Assembly: GCF_006345805.1 (NCBI RefSeq)
Contig: NC_043014.1
Coordinates: 29,202,001-29,266,000, forward strand
Reading direction: 5' to 3'
DNA from: Octopus sinensis
Taxonomy: Eukaryota
DNA length: 64,000 bases
In this document: one piece after another, positions 52,943 through 64,000 of the stretch
How the letters are laid out: each line of letters starts with the position of its first letter
Numbering within the stretch: position 1 is the stretch's first letter
The notes under the pieces: generated by a model
Told to the model about the DNA's origin: nothing
The model's input: only the letters and a program-made list of their open reading frames with translations
Databases searched by the model: none
Made by a program: the position numbers and the translations under genes

Positions 52943-53064
52943 TAATAATAATAATAATAATATAATAATAATGATAATAATAATAATAATAATAATAATA
53001 GTAATAATAATAATAATAATAATAGTAGTAATAATAATAATGATAATAATGATAATAGTAATAA
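52490..53064. repeat. (TAA)n microsatellite, about 575 bp
   Basis: Directly visible. Confidence 0.98.
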
Positions 53065-53575
53065 AGATGGTATAGGCACACACCAGAAAAGGTCACAGAA
53101 AACGAAAAAGCAACCATACTTTGGGATTTGCCGATACACACAGATAGAGAAATTAAGGGCAACAGACCAGATATAGTTGTCAGAGATCATGAAGAAGAAA
53201 AATGCTTTCTAATTGATGTATCAATACCGGCAGATGACAACGTGTCTCTAAAAAAAATGGGGAAACTTTCAAAATACAAAGACCTGGAAATGGAGGTAAC
53301 TAGAATGTGGAATCTAAAAACAGAAACATTTCCTATCATAGTAGGTGTATTAGGCATGATAAAAAAATATTCAGACAAATACATAACAAAAACACCAGGA
53401 CTTACAAACACATATAACATACAGAAAATTGCACTACTAGGCACTGCACACATCCTACGCAGAACACTTTCCATACAATAACCATCAGAGCATCACAACA
53501 AATCACAGCACATACCCAAGGCACACTGAGCTGCGCTCGGTAGTGAAGTGAAAGCACGCTATAAAAATAAAACTG

Positions 53576-53580
<5 letters not shown>
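53065..53580 (+). mobile_element. 5'-truncated R4/Dong-clade LINE (restriction-like endonuclease domain plus 3'UTR) inside (TAA)n
   Basis: Uninterrupted frame 53065-53481: WYRHTPEKVTENEKATILWD..NRPDIVVRD..CFLIDVSIP..KLSKYKDL (PD..D..K RLE motif); (TAA)n on both sides. Confidence 0.92.
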
Positions 53581-53644
<64 letters not shown>

Positions 53645-53739
53645 TAATAATAATAATAATTATGATAATAATAATAATAATAGTAGTAATAATAATAATA
53701 GTAATAATAATAATAATAATAATAGTAGTAATAATAATA

Positions 53740-53823
<84 letters not shown>

Positions 53824-53825
53824 TG
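53581..53825. repeat. (TAA)n microsatellite
   Basis: Directly visible. Confidence 0.98.
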
Positions 53826-54169
53826 ATGATGGTGAGGATTTTTATTTATTTGCCACCAGGGCGAAGGATGAAGGGAACAATGCAAAGCAGACATAAAGTG
53901 TGTGTGTGTGTGTGGGGGGGTTTACATATAATGGAATGACTAAATAAACAGAAAAAAAACCCAGTAAGTATACAATGAAAAGGAAGGGCAATATACATAG
54001 TATAGAAAGGCTAACAAAAAAGGGGTCTTGATGATAGAGATGATACAGGATGACCTCTAAGGATAATCGAGGGGCACCACTGTCCAAGATCTCTCTGAAC
54101 AGCAAGGGCAAGTGCCATCTGCAATTCCTTTTCTCTGACTCACAGGTCTATACTTAGAGAGGATCCTTT

Positions 54170-54350
54170 CCATTATAGGCACAAGGCTTGAAATTTTGGG
54201 GTACGGGGTTAGTCGATTACATCGACTCCAGTGCGTAACTTGTACTTATTTTATTGACCCCGAAAGGATGAAAGGCAAAGTTGAAGATGAAAGTTAGCAT
54301 TTGAACTTAGAATGTAAAGACGGACGAAATACCGCTAACCATTTTGTCTG
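54170..54350 (-). mobile_element. SINE family B, diverged
   Basis: GTCGATTACATCGACTCCAGTGCGTAACT...GACGAAATACCGCTAA. Confidence 0.82.
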
Positions 54351-54459
54351 GCACCTTAATGAGTTTGACAACTTGCCACTTTAACAACAATGATGATGAT
54401 ACTGCTAATGAAGATTATGATGATGAGGAGGATGATGATAATGATGATGGTGCTTATTT

Positions 54460-54770
54460 TATCGAGATCTTTTGCCGAAATGCTAAGTTACGGGAACTTA
54501 AACACTCCGAGAGCGATTGTCAAGTGAATGAGGGGCGGGTAAACACAGACACACACGCACGCATGCACACAAACAGATACACACGTACACACAAACACAT
54601 ATATATACGACGGAGCTTCTTTCAGTTTCCGTTTACCAAATCCACTCACAAGGCTTTGACCGGCCCAACTCTATAGTAGAAGACACTTACCCAAGATGCC
54701 ACGCAGTGGGGTTGAACTTCGAACCATGTGGTTGGGAAGCAAGCTTCTTACCACACAGCTACGCCTATAC
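54460..54770 (-). mobile_element. SINE family A, diverged
   Basis: Reverse-complement head and body motifs. Confidence 0.85.
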
Positions 54771-55174
54771 GTTAGTCATATTTATTGCATCATAATATAC
54801 TTTCAACACAAAATTTTGAAACAACGATTCATTTTGGTATTTAAACAATTTGTGTCGTATGCGTGATACGTGCGTGACTGTGTATACACGCATTCACACA
54901 CGCAACCGTTAAACGCGCTTGTTACATTCGGATCAATGGAGGGAGACTCTATGTAGCTTCCTAACCTGTCAGAAACAATAGCTAATTATGTCTCAAATAA
55001 TATCTTACGTCATTAAAAATTAGCTAACATAGACTTTGTGGGAGCTAAGTTAGCTGAAAAGACAGGATGGCCACTATTAGGATGGCTTGGAATTAAACGA
55101 TACCAGCAAATTTAACAGACACGCCATTTTCATTTAACTGTGGTTTCAGTAGGAAGAGGATTTTCAGGTCTGGG

Positions 55175-55537
55175 TGTTGTGGTTTATAAGGATGGTTTCC
55201 TAAAGTGCTTTACAGTGAAGGCTGTGTTTTGTGGTTTGCAGGAATGCCTTAACCGTATGGTTAGTAAGGTTAGTGTCTGTTCGTGGTTTATTGAGATACT
55301 TAACTGTTAAATTTCCGGGAATGGTTTACTGTTGTGATATACAGAGTTGTTTTGTGTTTGCGGTTTACAGGGATGGATGACTATTATGGTTTCCAGGAAT
55401 AACTTGCCGTTGTGGTTTACAGGGAGGGCTTTCGTTTGTGGTTTTAGGGAACGGCTTGCCGTTGTGGTTTACAAGAGCGTTTCCGTAGAGCAATTTACAC
55501 TAATGTTTTTCAGTTGTGGCTTTCCGAGAATGGCTAA
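55175..55537. repeat. Degenerate 26-bp minisatellite, about 14 units
   Basis: The GTGGTTT core or a degenerate variant recurs at 55179, 55205, 55231, 55257, 55283, 55334, 55360, 55386, 55412, 55438 and 55464. Confidence 0.85.
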
Positions 55538-57199
55538 CGTCTTTCTTATGTACGGGTGGCCTACATTTGTAATATACAGAAATGGCTTCCAAACCAAATC
55601 TACCACAACATACACCACAAGGAATTCTCAACAAACCAACAAAATTTTCATCAATTTTGAGATACTCATAATAGTAAACTATTTCACCTTGCAGTACTTA
55701 CAATAGAGAGTAATCCCACCTTTTGCAGATAAAGCGCGAAAGAGAGAGAGAGGCAGAGAGACAGAGAGACAGAAAGACAGAAAGACAGATAGACAGACAG
55801 AGTGTGCGTGTGCCTGTTTGTGTGTGTGTGCGCGCGCGCGTGTGTGAAAGAGAGAGAGAGAAAGGGAAAATAAAGGTACAGTAAGGTAAATACTAGTCCG
55901 TATAGGAAGAAGATATTTCATTTGAAAATGCAAATATAGCCTGGGGATATAGGATACCCAATGTGTAATTTGTTGGGTACAGTTCATGTAGTAACCTGCT
56001 TCCTGTGAGGTGACGTTTGATGCAGAGATATCCAGTAGTTGTTGCACATCAACTTCAACAATACCTTAAATCGAAGAGCGGATTCAAAATACATATTGTA
56101 AATAATTATACACGCAATATAATTCGATAAATACAATACATTAAAAATTAAAATTAGAATCAAAATATTCACGCTGCATTACATAAATATTTTACAACAG
56201 TATATACGCCTACTAAACCATCAATATACATATATACATCAAAATACGCAGATGGATATACACAGGCCACATACATATGCAGACGTATATATGTAAGACG
56301 TAAATATACACGTAGATACACATATACATATGTATGCAATCTTGCATACAAAAAACACTTGGTGTATACATATAGACAAGAAGTAAAACGCAGAGAGGGG
56401 GAAAGAAAAAGAAAAAGGAATGATCTTATACGTAACGGTTAGCGGAGAAAGAGGTGAGTAAGAGAAAGGGAGAGGCGCGCAAAGTTAAAGGATTCTATAC
56501 AAGTAACGAATAGGAGAGGAAAAATACTTTTCCGTAAGGAAGGAAAATGAAGAAAGAAAGATAGAAGGCTGAATATGTGTAACGAACGTACACAAAATAG
56601 AATTACGTATATATGTGTATATAAAAGTGTATATTAGCAATAAATACACATATAAGAACACATATATAAATATATGGAAATAAGTATGTAAATACACATC
56701 CACACAAATCCACACAAGTGAATACGTGCATGCATATACATTCATGTATGTATGTGCACAACTATAAACATACACGCTTACCTACACATATACATAGGCG
56801 CATACATACGAATACATATGCATGCCAACGATACGAACATCCACATAAAAACGTCTAGGTCCTGATGTATATATACAAACAACATTATTTAAAAAAAACT
56901 GCTGAGTGCATAATAATAAAATTCGGATAAAAGACATGCAAAATAGAACACCCTATATCGAATTATCAATAAATTGAACGATTAAAATGGGTTTATAAAA
57001 TACAATAAAATGAAATAAAATAAAAGTAGAATTTTGAACAAGAAAATAATATTTGCATATAACAGTCAAAGGTTTTCCTTAAGAAATATGTCGAAATATA
57101 TACAATAACTTTGGGATGCGAAATAAATCATTTATAATAAGAAAAAATCCAAAAGAGTGATTAAAAACTAGTCCAGTAATAAAAAATATACAATATCCA

Positions 57200-57480
57200 T
57201 ATGGTATATTGCTAGCCGACATTTAAATTTAGCTGCGAGTCTGCAGGAATTCAAGAGTTCGCGTCTTTGATTTAAAGAGTTATTGACCTGGGATAAAATG
57301 CAATATTTTTCCAGGAGGCATAAATCACATTTGATGGGTCTTTTATGTTCTCCGTGCCTGTAATGTGCAGACCAATCCAAAATACTCCATGTCACGTTGA
57401 AAAATCGGGCTTCTTTACTTTTAATTCCCAGACATATTTTGCCAGACAACCACAACAGGTCACTTTTAGGTCACTTGACC
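57200..57480 (-). mobile_element. Penelope-like element, C-terminal GIY-YIG-domain region
   Basis: NVTWSILD...KCDLCLLEKYCIL...SLNQRRELLNSCR, the typical Penelope CxLCLxEK / LNxRxEL..CRH tail. Confidence 0.82.
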
Positions 57481-57530
57481 ATTTAAGAGGATTCCACCAA
57501 CATCCTACTACTGTCATATCATTCCCCCGT

Positions 57531-57620
57531 TCTTCTTCTTCTTCTTCTTCTTCTTCTTCTTCTTCTTCTTCTTCTTCTTCTTCTTCTTCTTCTTCTTCTT
57601 CTTCTTCTTCTTCTTCTTCC
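57531..57620. repeat. (TTC)n microsatellite
   Basis: Directly visible. Confidence 0.98.
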
Positions 57621-57919
57621 TCGCCTCCTTCCTCAGCTACGACTGCTGCTTAAACAATCAAAACCAAGAACTCTTGTCAAATATTCTTTTAGGACTGCTA
57701 CTACCTGCTACCAAGCCCTCAGAAGAGTAAAAAAGAGAGACAGACAGAAATAAAGGAAAATATCCCTTGCATTTGCAAACTATGGAATTATTTTAAAAAA
57801 TAACATTTCATTTAGTTTTTCTAATTTTCCAGTACTAAAAAGTTCTTCATGATAAAATTATTTTAGCATTTTCTACATTGTCTTACTTTCCTTATACACA
57901 CATACACACACACGCATAG

Positions 57920-57982
<63 letters not shown>

Positions 57983-57986
57983 ATAC

Positions 57987-58052
<66 letters not shown>

Positions 58053-58080
58053 CATATATAATACATATACACACATACAT

Positions 58081-58119
<39 letters not shown>

Positions 58120-58121
58120 CT

Positions 58122-58345
58122 CTTTACTCTTACTTGTTTCAGTCATATGACTGCGGCCATGCTGGAGCGCCGCCTTTAGTCGAGGAAATCGACCCCAGGA
58201 CTTATTCTTTGTAAGCCTAGTACTTATTCTATCGGTCTCTTTTGCCGAACCGCTAGATTTCGGAGACGTAAACACACCACCATCGGTTGTCAAGCGATGT
58301 TGGGGGGGGGGGGACAAACACAGACACACACAAAGACACACACGC
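58122..58345 (-). mobile_element. SINE family A tail half
   Basis: TTTCAGTCATATGACTGCGGCCATGCTGGAGC...CATCGGTTGTCAAGCG. Confidence 0.88.
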
Positions 58346-59196
58346 ACATATATATATACTGTGCTATTCTTTTTGTCCTGTCTTTTACTGATTTTACTTG
58401 TATTGTTTTTACTGTCTTGCTTTGATCTTACTATCCTGTTCTTGTTACCACTTTTACCTATCCGTAAAAAATCCCAAATTTTATTTAATTTGCTTTTGAG
58501 GGAAGGACTGTTTCAACGAAGTCGCGTCTTGTCCTTACCTTCGGAACGCGGAGTAGACGAAACAGAGAAAACTGAAGAAAGAGAATATTCCTTGTGTTGT
58601 ATGTTTTTTCGTTGTTTGAAAAAAAGTTTGTTTCCATGTCTTTGTTTTTATGTTTTATGTCTGTATTTATATACATATTTATGACTCTACAAGTGCTATA
58701 AGTATATCGACCAGACCTAGTGAATCCCACCACAGAATCTGTGACTCCTCACCAAGTGGAGTCGTATGTCTAGCCACTTTTAGCCACCGACTTAATCAAT
58801 ATCTATTTAATTCACTGTGGGAGCTAAACCACGTGTTCGTATGATTACATCTTCGTGTAAATTTGAGCGAGTGAGTGTACTGCGCCTAAGGATGCAAGCG
58901 AGGTGGTTCTACGTAACTATCTACTAAGGGTTATATCTAATACATTTTTCGCTGTATTGTGTATTTGCTTTACGGTTCTATATTTAAGATGTTGTTCATC
59001 TTGTTCTAAACAAGATGAGGACAAATATCCGTCGAATGTAAATAATGTAAATAATGTGTATTTGCTTGTTTGCATCTGATGTTTGTTATTGATCTTCTAT
59101 AATAATGAAACTGTATCCTTTAATTCGCTGCTTCTGTATACACATACTGAGAAGAATTCTTGCGGAACAGACGTTATTTTAACGAGATACATCTTG

Positions 59197-59304
59197 TAAT
59201 CACCTGAGGAGACACATCTATACCGACAGATACACATAAACCAGTTGTTCAGGATCCCACCCGTGAGGGATCGATGCTTGATGGGTCGAAACAATTGGAG
59301 AGAT
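59197..59304 (+). ncRNA. Degenerate hammerhead-like motif with an extended stem II insertion
   Basis: CTGAGGA (59204-59210), GACACATC/GATGGGTC stem II (7 of 8 pairs), GAAAC-AATT-G; the cleavage triplet and stem I are mutated. Confidence 0.5.
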
Positions 59305-59359
59305 CAATAAACTTTCTTGTATCTTGTATCTTCCGTCTTTCTCATTAATCAAATATGTA

Positions 59360-59568
59360 CAGTCCACCCCAAAAATGTATGCACACATCAGGAAAGGAAA
59401 AATCTGTATAAATATTTTAATTCAGTGTTATTGAAATTTATTCAGTCTTATCACAATTTTTGATAAAACTTTGAAAGAGGTACTTATGTTTATAGGGGTG
59501 CGTACACAAGTTAAATATTTATAGATTTTTTCTTTACCTCAAGCGTTTATACATTTTTGGGGAGACTA
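59360..59568. mobile_element. Tc1/mariner-type MITE
   Basis: TIRs CAGTCCACCCCAAAAATGTAT and ATACATTTTTGGGGAGACTA, flanked by TA. Confidence 0.8.
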
Positions 59569-60049
59569 TATATATATATATATATATATTATTGTAATTT
59601 TCTTTCAAAAAACATAGATAGCGTAAAAATGCTCAAGTCGAACCCGAGGCGCTAGACAAGTATAATAGGTACAAAAGAAAAGGTTCAAATCAGACAGACT
59701 ACAATTAATACATATATATACGGGTTAACCTACACAATATCAAAATATCCTCGGCAACACCAAATGTCCTATACAGTATTTCAATTGTCCTGTACTATGC
59801 GTCAACAAATTTGTATAAATTATGAATGTGTTAAAGTGTCTCTACTAAGTGTTCGGTACACTGACTTTTCTACACTCGGGCCTTGAAGGGCCGTCAGTAT
59901 CATGCGCTGTATAACAAGTGTTCTGCACAATGTACCGTTTGTTTTGTGCAATGTGTCAGCTGTTTTGAATGGTGTTTCAGTTCCCTTACTCATTGTCTCG
60001 ATTCTTCTTCCGTGTTTCATTTCTTCAACATAGTACGTCGACAGCTTTA

Positions 60050-60380
<331 letters not shown>

Positions 60381-60670
60381 GTATATGTGCACGTCTTGTG
60401 TCTGTGGTTTTTCTTTTGCGTTCTTGTGCTTATTTTTTTCTCACTACTTGATAGTTGGTGTTGGTTTGTTTACGTTTCCTTAACTCAGCGGCTCGGTCAA
60501 AAGAGACTGATGCTTTAGGACCAGGCTTTAAAATTAATATTGATTACTAAACCCTTCAAGATGCCCTATTACGGCAGAGAATGAATGAAAACACCTTGTC
60601 TTTTGACATGCTTCAAACATTCTTCCACGACAGTCATTTTAAACGTAATTTATTCCAGCATTGTTCAAAG

Positions 60671-60897
60671 CAGTGGTTCTCAGCTCACCCGCGATCCACA
60701 TGACCCTTACAGGTTTATACGCAATAAATTTAGTATACTTTTACCATACACAAAAATATTAAAATTTTTTTATACAATTCCTCATAATATGAAAATATAA
60801 AAATATAAAATAATTTTTTAAATATGGAATGGTTATTAGGGTCCACCTGAGTAAAATAGGAATCAATGAGCATGAAATAAATAGCTGAGAACCACTG
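60671..60897 (+). mobile_element. hAT (Charlie-like) MITE, 227 bp
   Basis: Perfect 14-bp TIR CAGTGGTTCTCAGC/GCTGAGAACCACTG; 8-bp TSD GTTCAAAG/GTTCACAG (7 of 8). Confidence 0.92.
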
Positions 60898-60959
60898 GTT
60901 CACAGTGATAAACAGCGATCTTAATAGCAGACCGTTCGAATTAATTACAGACTGGACTT

Positions 60960-61460
60960 TTCTCTAGGGCTAATTTTCGTAGCGTTCTACATAGTCACAA
61001 CAGAAAACAATGTGGTGCCAAGACATAAACATACTATATACAGTAGGCAGGTGGAGAATATACTCGACGTAATTGACTCTCCGAAGGCGTCAGGGATACT
61101 TAGAAAACAACCCCGTACTAAAATTCAACACCAAAACCGGTGAGTCCTAGTAAGACGTCAGCATTCAAAAGAAAATAACAGATACATCATGTTTGCACAT
61201 TACTAAAGAGACAGCAAATATCCCCACAAATTCAAAATGTCAGTGGAGGAATTCCAACTTAGAAAGCAATTTAGATTCCCCTTTATAAACGAAGCGCGGA
61301 TGAAAGCAAAAGCTAAACTACAAAAGATATTTACCAATTCGATTGCAAAAGTTGAAGTTGTAAACTTCACGAGCCCAACTGTTTTATGATCCATACAAGT
61401 ACGACATTCTTCCGCAGACTCACTATGCACTTACAACAATGCAATGAACTACATCACAGA
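60960..61460 (+). mobile_element. Decayed Penelope-like reverse transcriptase fragment
   Basis: LGLIFVAFYIVTTENNVV...IYSRQVENI resembles LGPxFAxFYM..LEN..Y.RYVDDI; followed by NPVLKFN. Confidence 0.55.
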
Positions 61461-61545
61461 TTAAAACAAAAAAACTAAACAACAAAGGATGTTTACGAAT
61501 TCGATTTCAAATGTTAGAGTTGTAAATTTCACGAGACCAACTGTT

Positions 61546-61914
61546 ATCTCTCTCTATATAAACGGCAGTTTGTCTGTGTGTGTTTCTGTGTGTCTGTCAG
61601 GTTGTACCCTCACCCTGACCACGGCTTTCAACCGATTCTGATGAAACTTGACACACTCATAGCCCAATGTCATAATTCAAAACTAACGCAGGGAAAATTT
61701 TGAAAAGTTCCCCCAGTTCTGAAAGAAATCGATAAATCGACATGGGGTCGAGAATCAGAAACACAAACCACAGACTGTCTAGGGGACGCAACTCGACCTT
61801 TTAACTAAAAAAAATTTAACATAATTTTTTTTTCCATTTTGGCTATAACTCTCTAAAAATGCTTTATAGTTATTTCCCTTGCAAACCTGAGCAACGCCGG
61901 GCGATACTGCTAGT
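61546..61914 (+). mobile_element. Helentron-type HINE
   Basis: 5' CTCTATATAAACGGCAGTTTGTCTGTGTGT, core AACCGATTCTGATGAAACTTG, 3' GCAACGCCGGGCGATACTGCTAGT. Confidence 0.8.
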
Positions 61915-63180
61915 ATTAACTATACACATACGACATTCTCCAGGAGGCTCACGATACTCTTACAACAATGCAATGAACTACATCATGTAATCCCAACCAC
62001 ACAACTTAGGAAACATTAATGAATAATGCATGTATACTATAATACAGTGTTCCTAATAAAAATTGATTATTAATGATGGAAGAAAAATCATAGCATATTA
62101 TTAAAATAACCACACAGATACAACAGATTTGTAGAAAGATATATTGTTGACTGAAGATGAATACATTTAAAGCTCAAAATTCAACTTCCTGCAGTGATGC
62201 TTACACCAATTATATTAGCTCTGCCTTATTCTGAGGATGAGATTATGAAGGACAAGGAATACTAAAGATGAATTTCGGAAGTCTACTATTCCAAATAAGG
62301 AATATATACATATAAGTATGTAAGCATGTTTGTGTGTATGCATGCATACATGTATGTACCCCTATTAGTATTTTTATATCCTCATAGGCACATACTCGCA
62401 TACTCGTATGCGTATACAATTTCCAGCCGGCATTCCCCACCGTCGACACATCACACACAAACATCCCTCGAACGACTAACACCAAAAATACAAAAAAGAG
62501 ATTATATAAAATATAGAACAGAAAATATAGCAACAGCTGTAACTCTACCGGTACCACCTCACCACCATCACTGCAGCCAGCGTCGCTTTAAATACCACAG
62601 ACATTACTTATATGAGCTGAAAGAGGAAGCTTCTAAATGGTCACGCGACCTACTAGAAAAAAAAAAAAGAAGGAACAGCCATTTAACCCTCAAAATACTC
62701 TCTACCACATAAAGGACGAAAAGACAGATCGGGCGGTGTATTAAGTATACGAGTGCACTGCTTATAAATGAATTGAAATTGTCAAGGCTAGGAGGCCATT
62801 GTGGTCGTAGGTCAGCTCAATCAGGACAAACCCGCGGCTAAATAACAACCATCACTAGTAATATAGCTAGTATTAATACAACCACTGGTATTATGTCCAC
62901 CACTACCAATGCTGCTAACATTACTAATTACTACCGCCAATACACCACCTGTGAATTTGAATATAATCACCATTGCCACTACAACTAATACTGTGATCAC
63001 AACCATTATTTGTTACCACCGCCACTAGTACATACCCAAGCATCTCTTCCATCACCACGGACGGCACCAAATAACTATTAGAACAACGATTACATCCTGC
63101 AGAAACTCTACCACCGCCATCAACAGGCTGTAGAATCACGACGACAGCCACCACCACCACCACCACCACCACCATCACCA

Positions 63181-63545
63181 ACAACTAATACGATCCATAA
63201 CCACTACAGATAACACCAGTACCAACACCAATACCACCGCCAAAAAAAAAAAAAGAGAAAAAAAAACCCATCACAGCCTCCACCACCGAAACCATCACCG
63301 TCCCGACACCACCGACGCCACCGTCACCACCATCACCACCACCACCACACCACCACCACCACCACCATCACCAACAACTAATACGATCCATAACCACTAC
63401 AGATAACACCAGTACCAACACCAATACCACCGCCAAAAAAAAAAAAAGAGAAAAAAAAACCCATCACAGCCTCCACCACCGAAACCATCACCGTCCCGAC
63501 ACCACCGACGCCACCGTCACCACCATCACCACCACCACCACCACC
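63181..63545. repeat. Near-exact tandem duplication, period 193 bp, in an (ACC)n-rich tract
   Basis: ACAACTAATACGATCC starts at 63181 and 63374; both copies carry A13-GAG-A9. Confidence 0.95.
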
Positions 63546-63679
63546 ATATCCACAATGGCCGGTACACAACCACAGTCTGCTTACTACAGCTCATATCTAT
63601 ACATCCTGTACAAACTGACTGGAATGTCACTGACCCGGTTCTGTGTACTCTTACGGCAAATGGAAGGGAAAAAAAAGAA

Positions 63680-64000
63680 CATACATAAATACATAAATAC
63701 ACACACAGACACACACAGACACACACAGACACGCACACACATACACACACACACACACACACGCATGCACACTCACACACACGCAGACAGACAGGCAGAC
63801 ACATGCACACACGCACACACACATAAGCAAACACACGCTTACCTATATGTATATATATATATACGTAGGCATGTATGTATAGTGTTTGGGTATGCATATA
63901 TATGTATGTATATATGTATGTATGTACGTATGTATGTGTGTAAGTATGCATATATATGTATGTGTGTGTATGTATATACGTACGTATAAATGTATACATG
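63680..64000. repeat. (CA)n/(TA)n/(TATG)n microsatellites
   Basis: Directly visible. Confidence 0.95.

Overview
A 64 kb stretch of AT-rich, repeat-saturated animal genomic DNA. It is most likely octopus or another coleoid cephalopod; this is an inference from the recurring tRNA-derived SINE families and the extreme (TA)n, (CA)n, (GATA)n, (TAA)n and (ACC)n load. I could not identify any host protein-coding exon, rRNA, true tRNA or CRISPR array, and almost every ORF in the supplied track is a translation of a microsatellite. The window is intergenic or intronic. It is built from three SINE families and fragments of Tx1/L1, R4/Dong, HERO-like, RTE and Penelope-like retroelements, together with Tc1 and mariner transposase relics, Helitron Rep fragments, Helentron-type HINEs and hAT/Tc1 MITEs. 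Four signals stand out. (1) A young-looking Tx1 LINE is embedded at both ends in (GATA)n and an R4/Dong LINE in (TAA)n, suggesting that retroelements partition the microsatellites between them. (2) Several hammerhead-ribozyme-like motifs occur in Penelope-type terminal repeats, including a family that shares a non-canonical CUGUNGAA core. (3) Three long, nearly loopless fold-back palindromes (45, 58 and about 105 bp arms) are anchored at (TA)n tracts, and one folds back inside a hammerhead core. (4) A 3.9 kb island with no microsatellite tracts carries decayed ORF-like sequence of unknown origin. All family assignments come from motif recognition by eye, without database searches.
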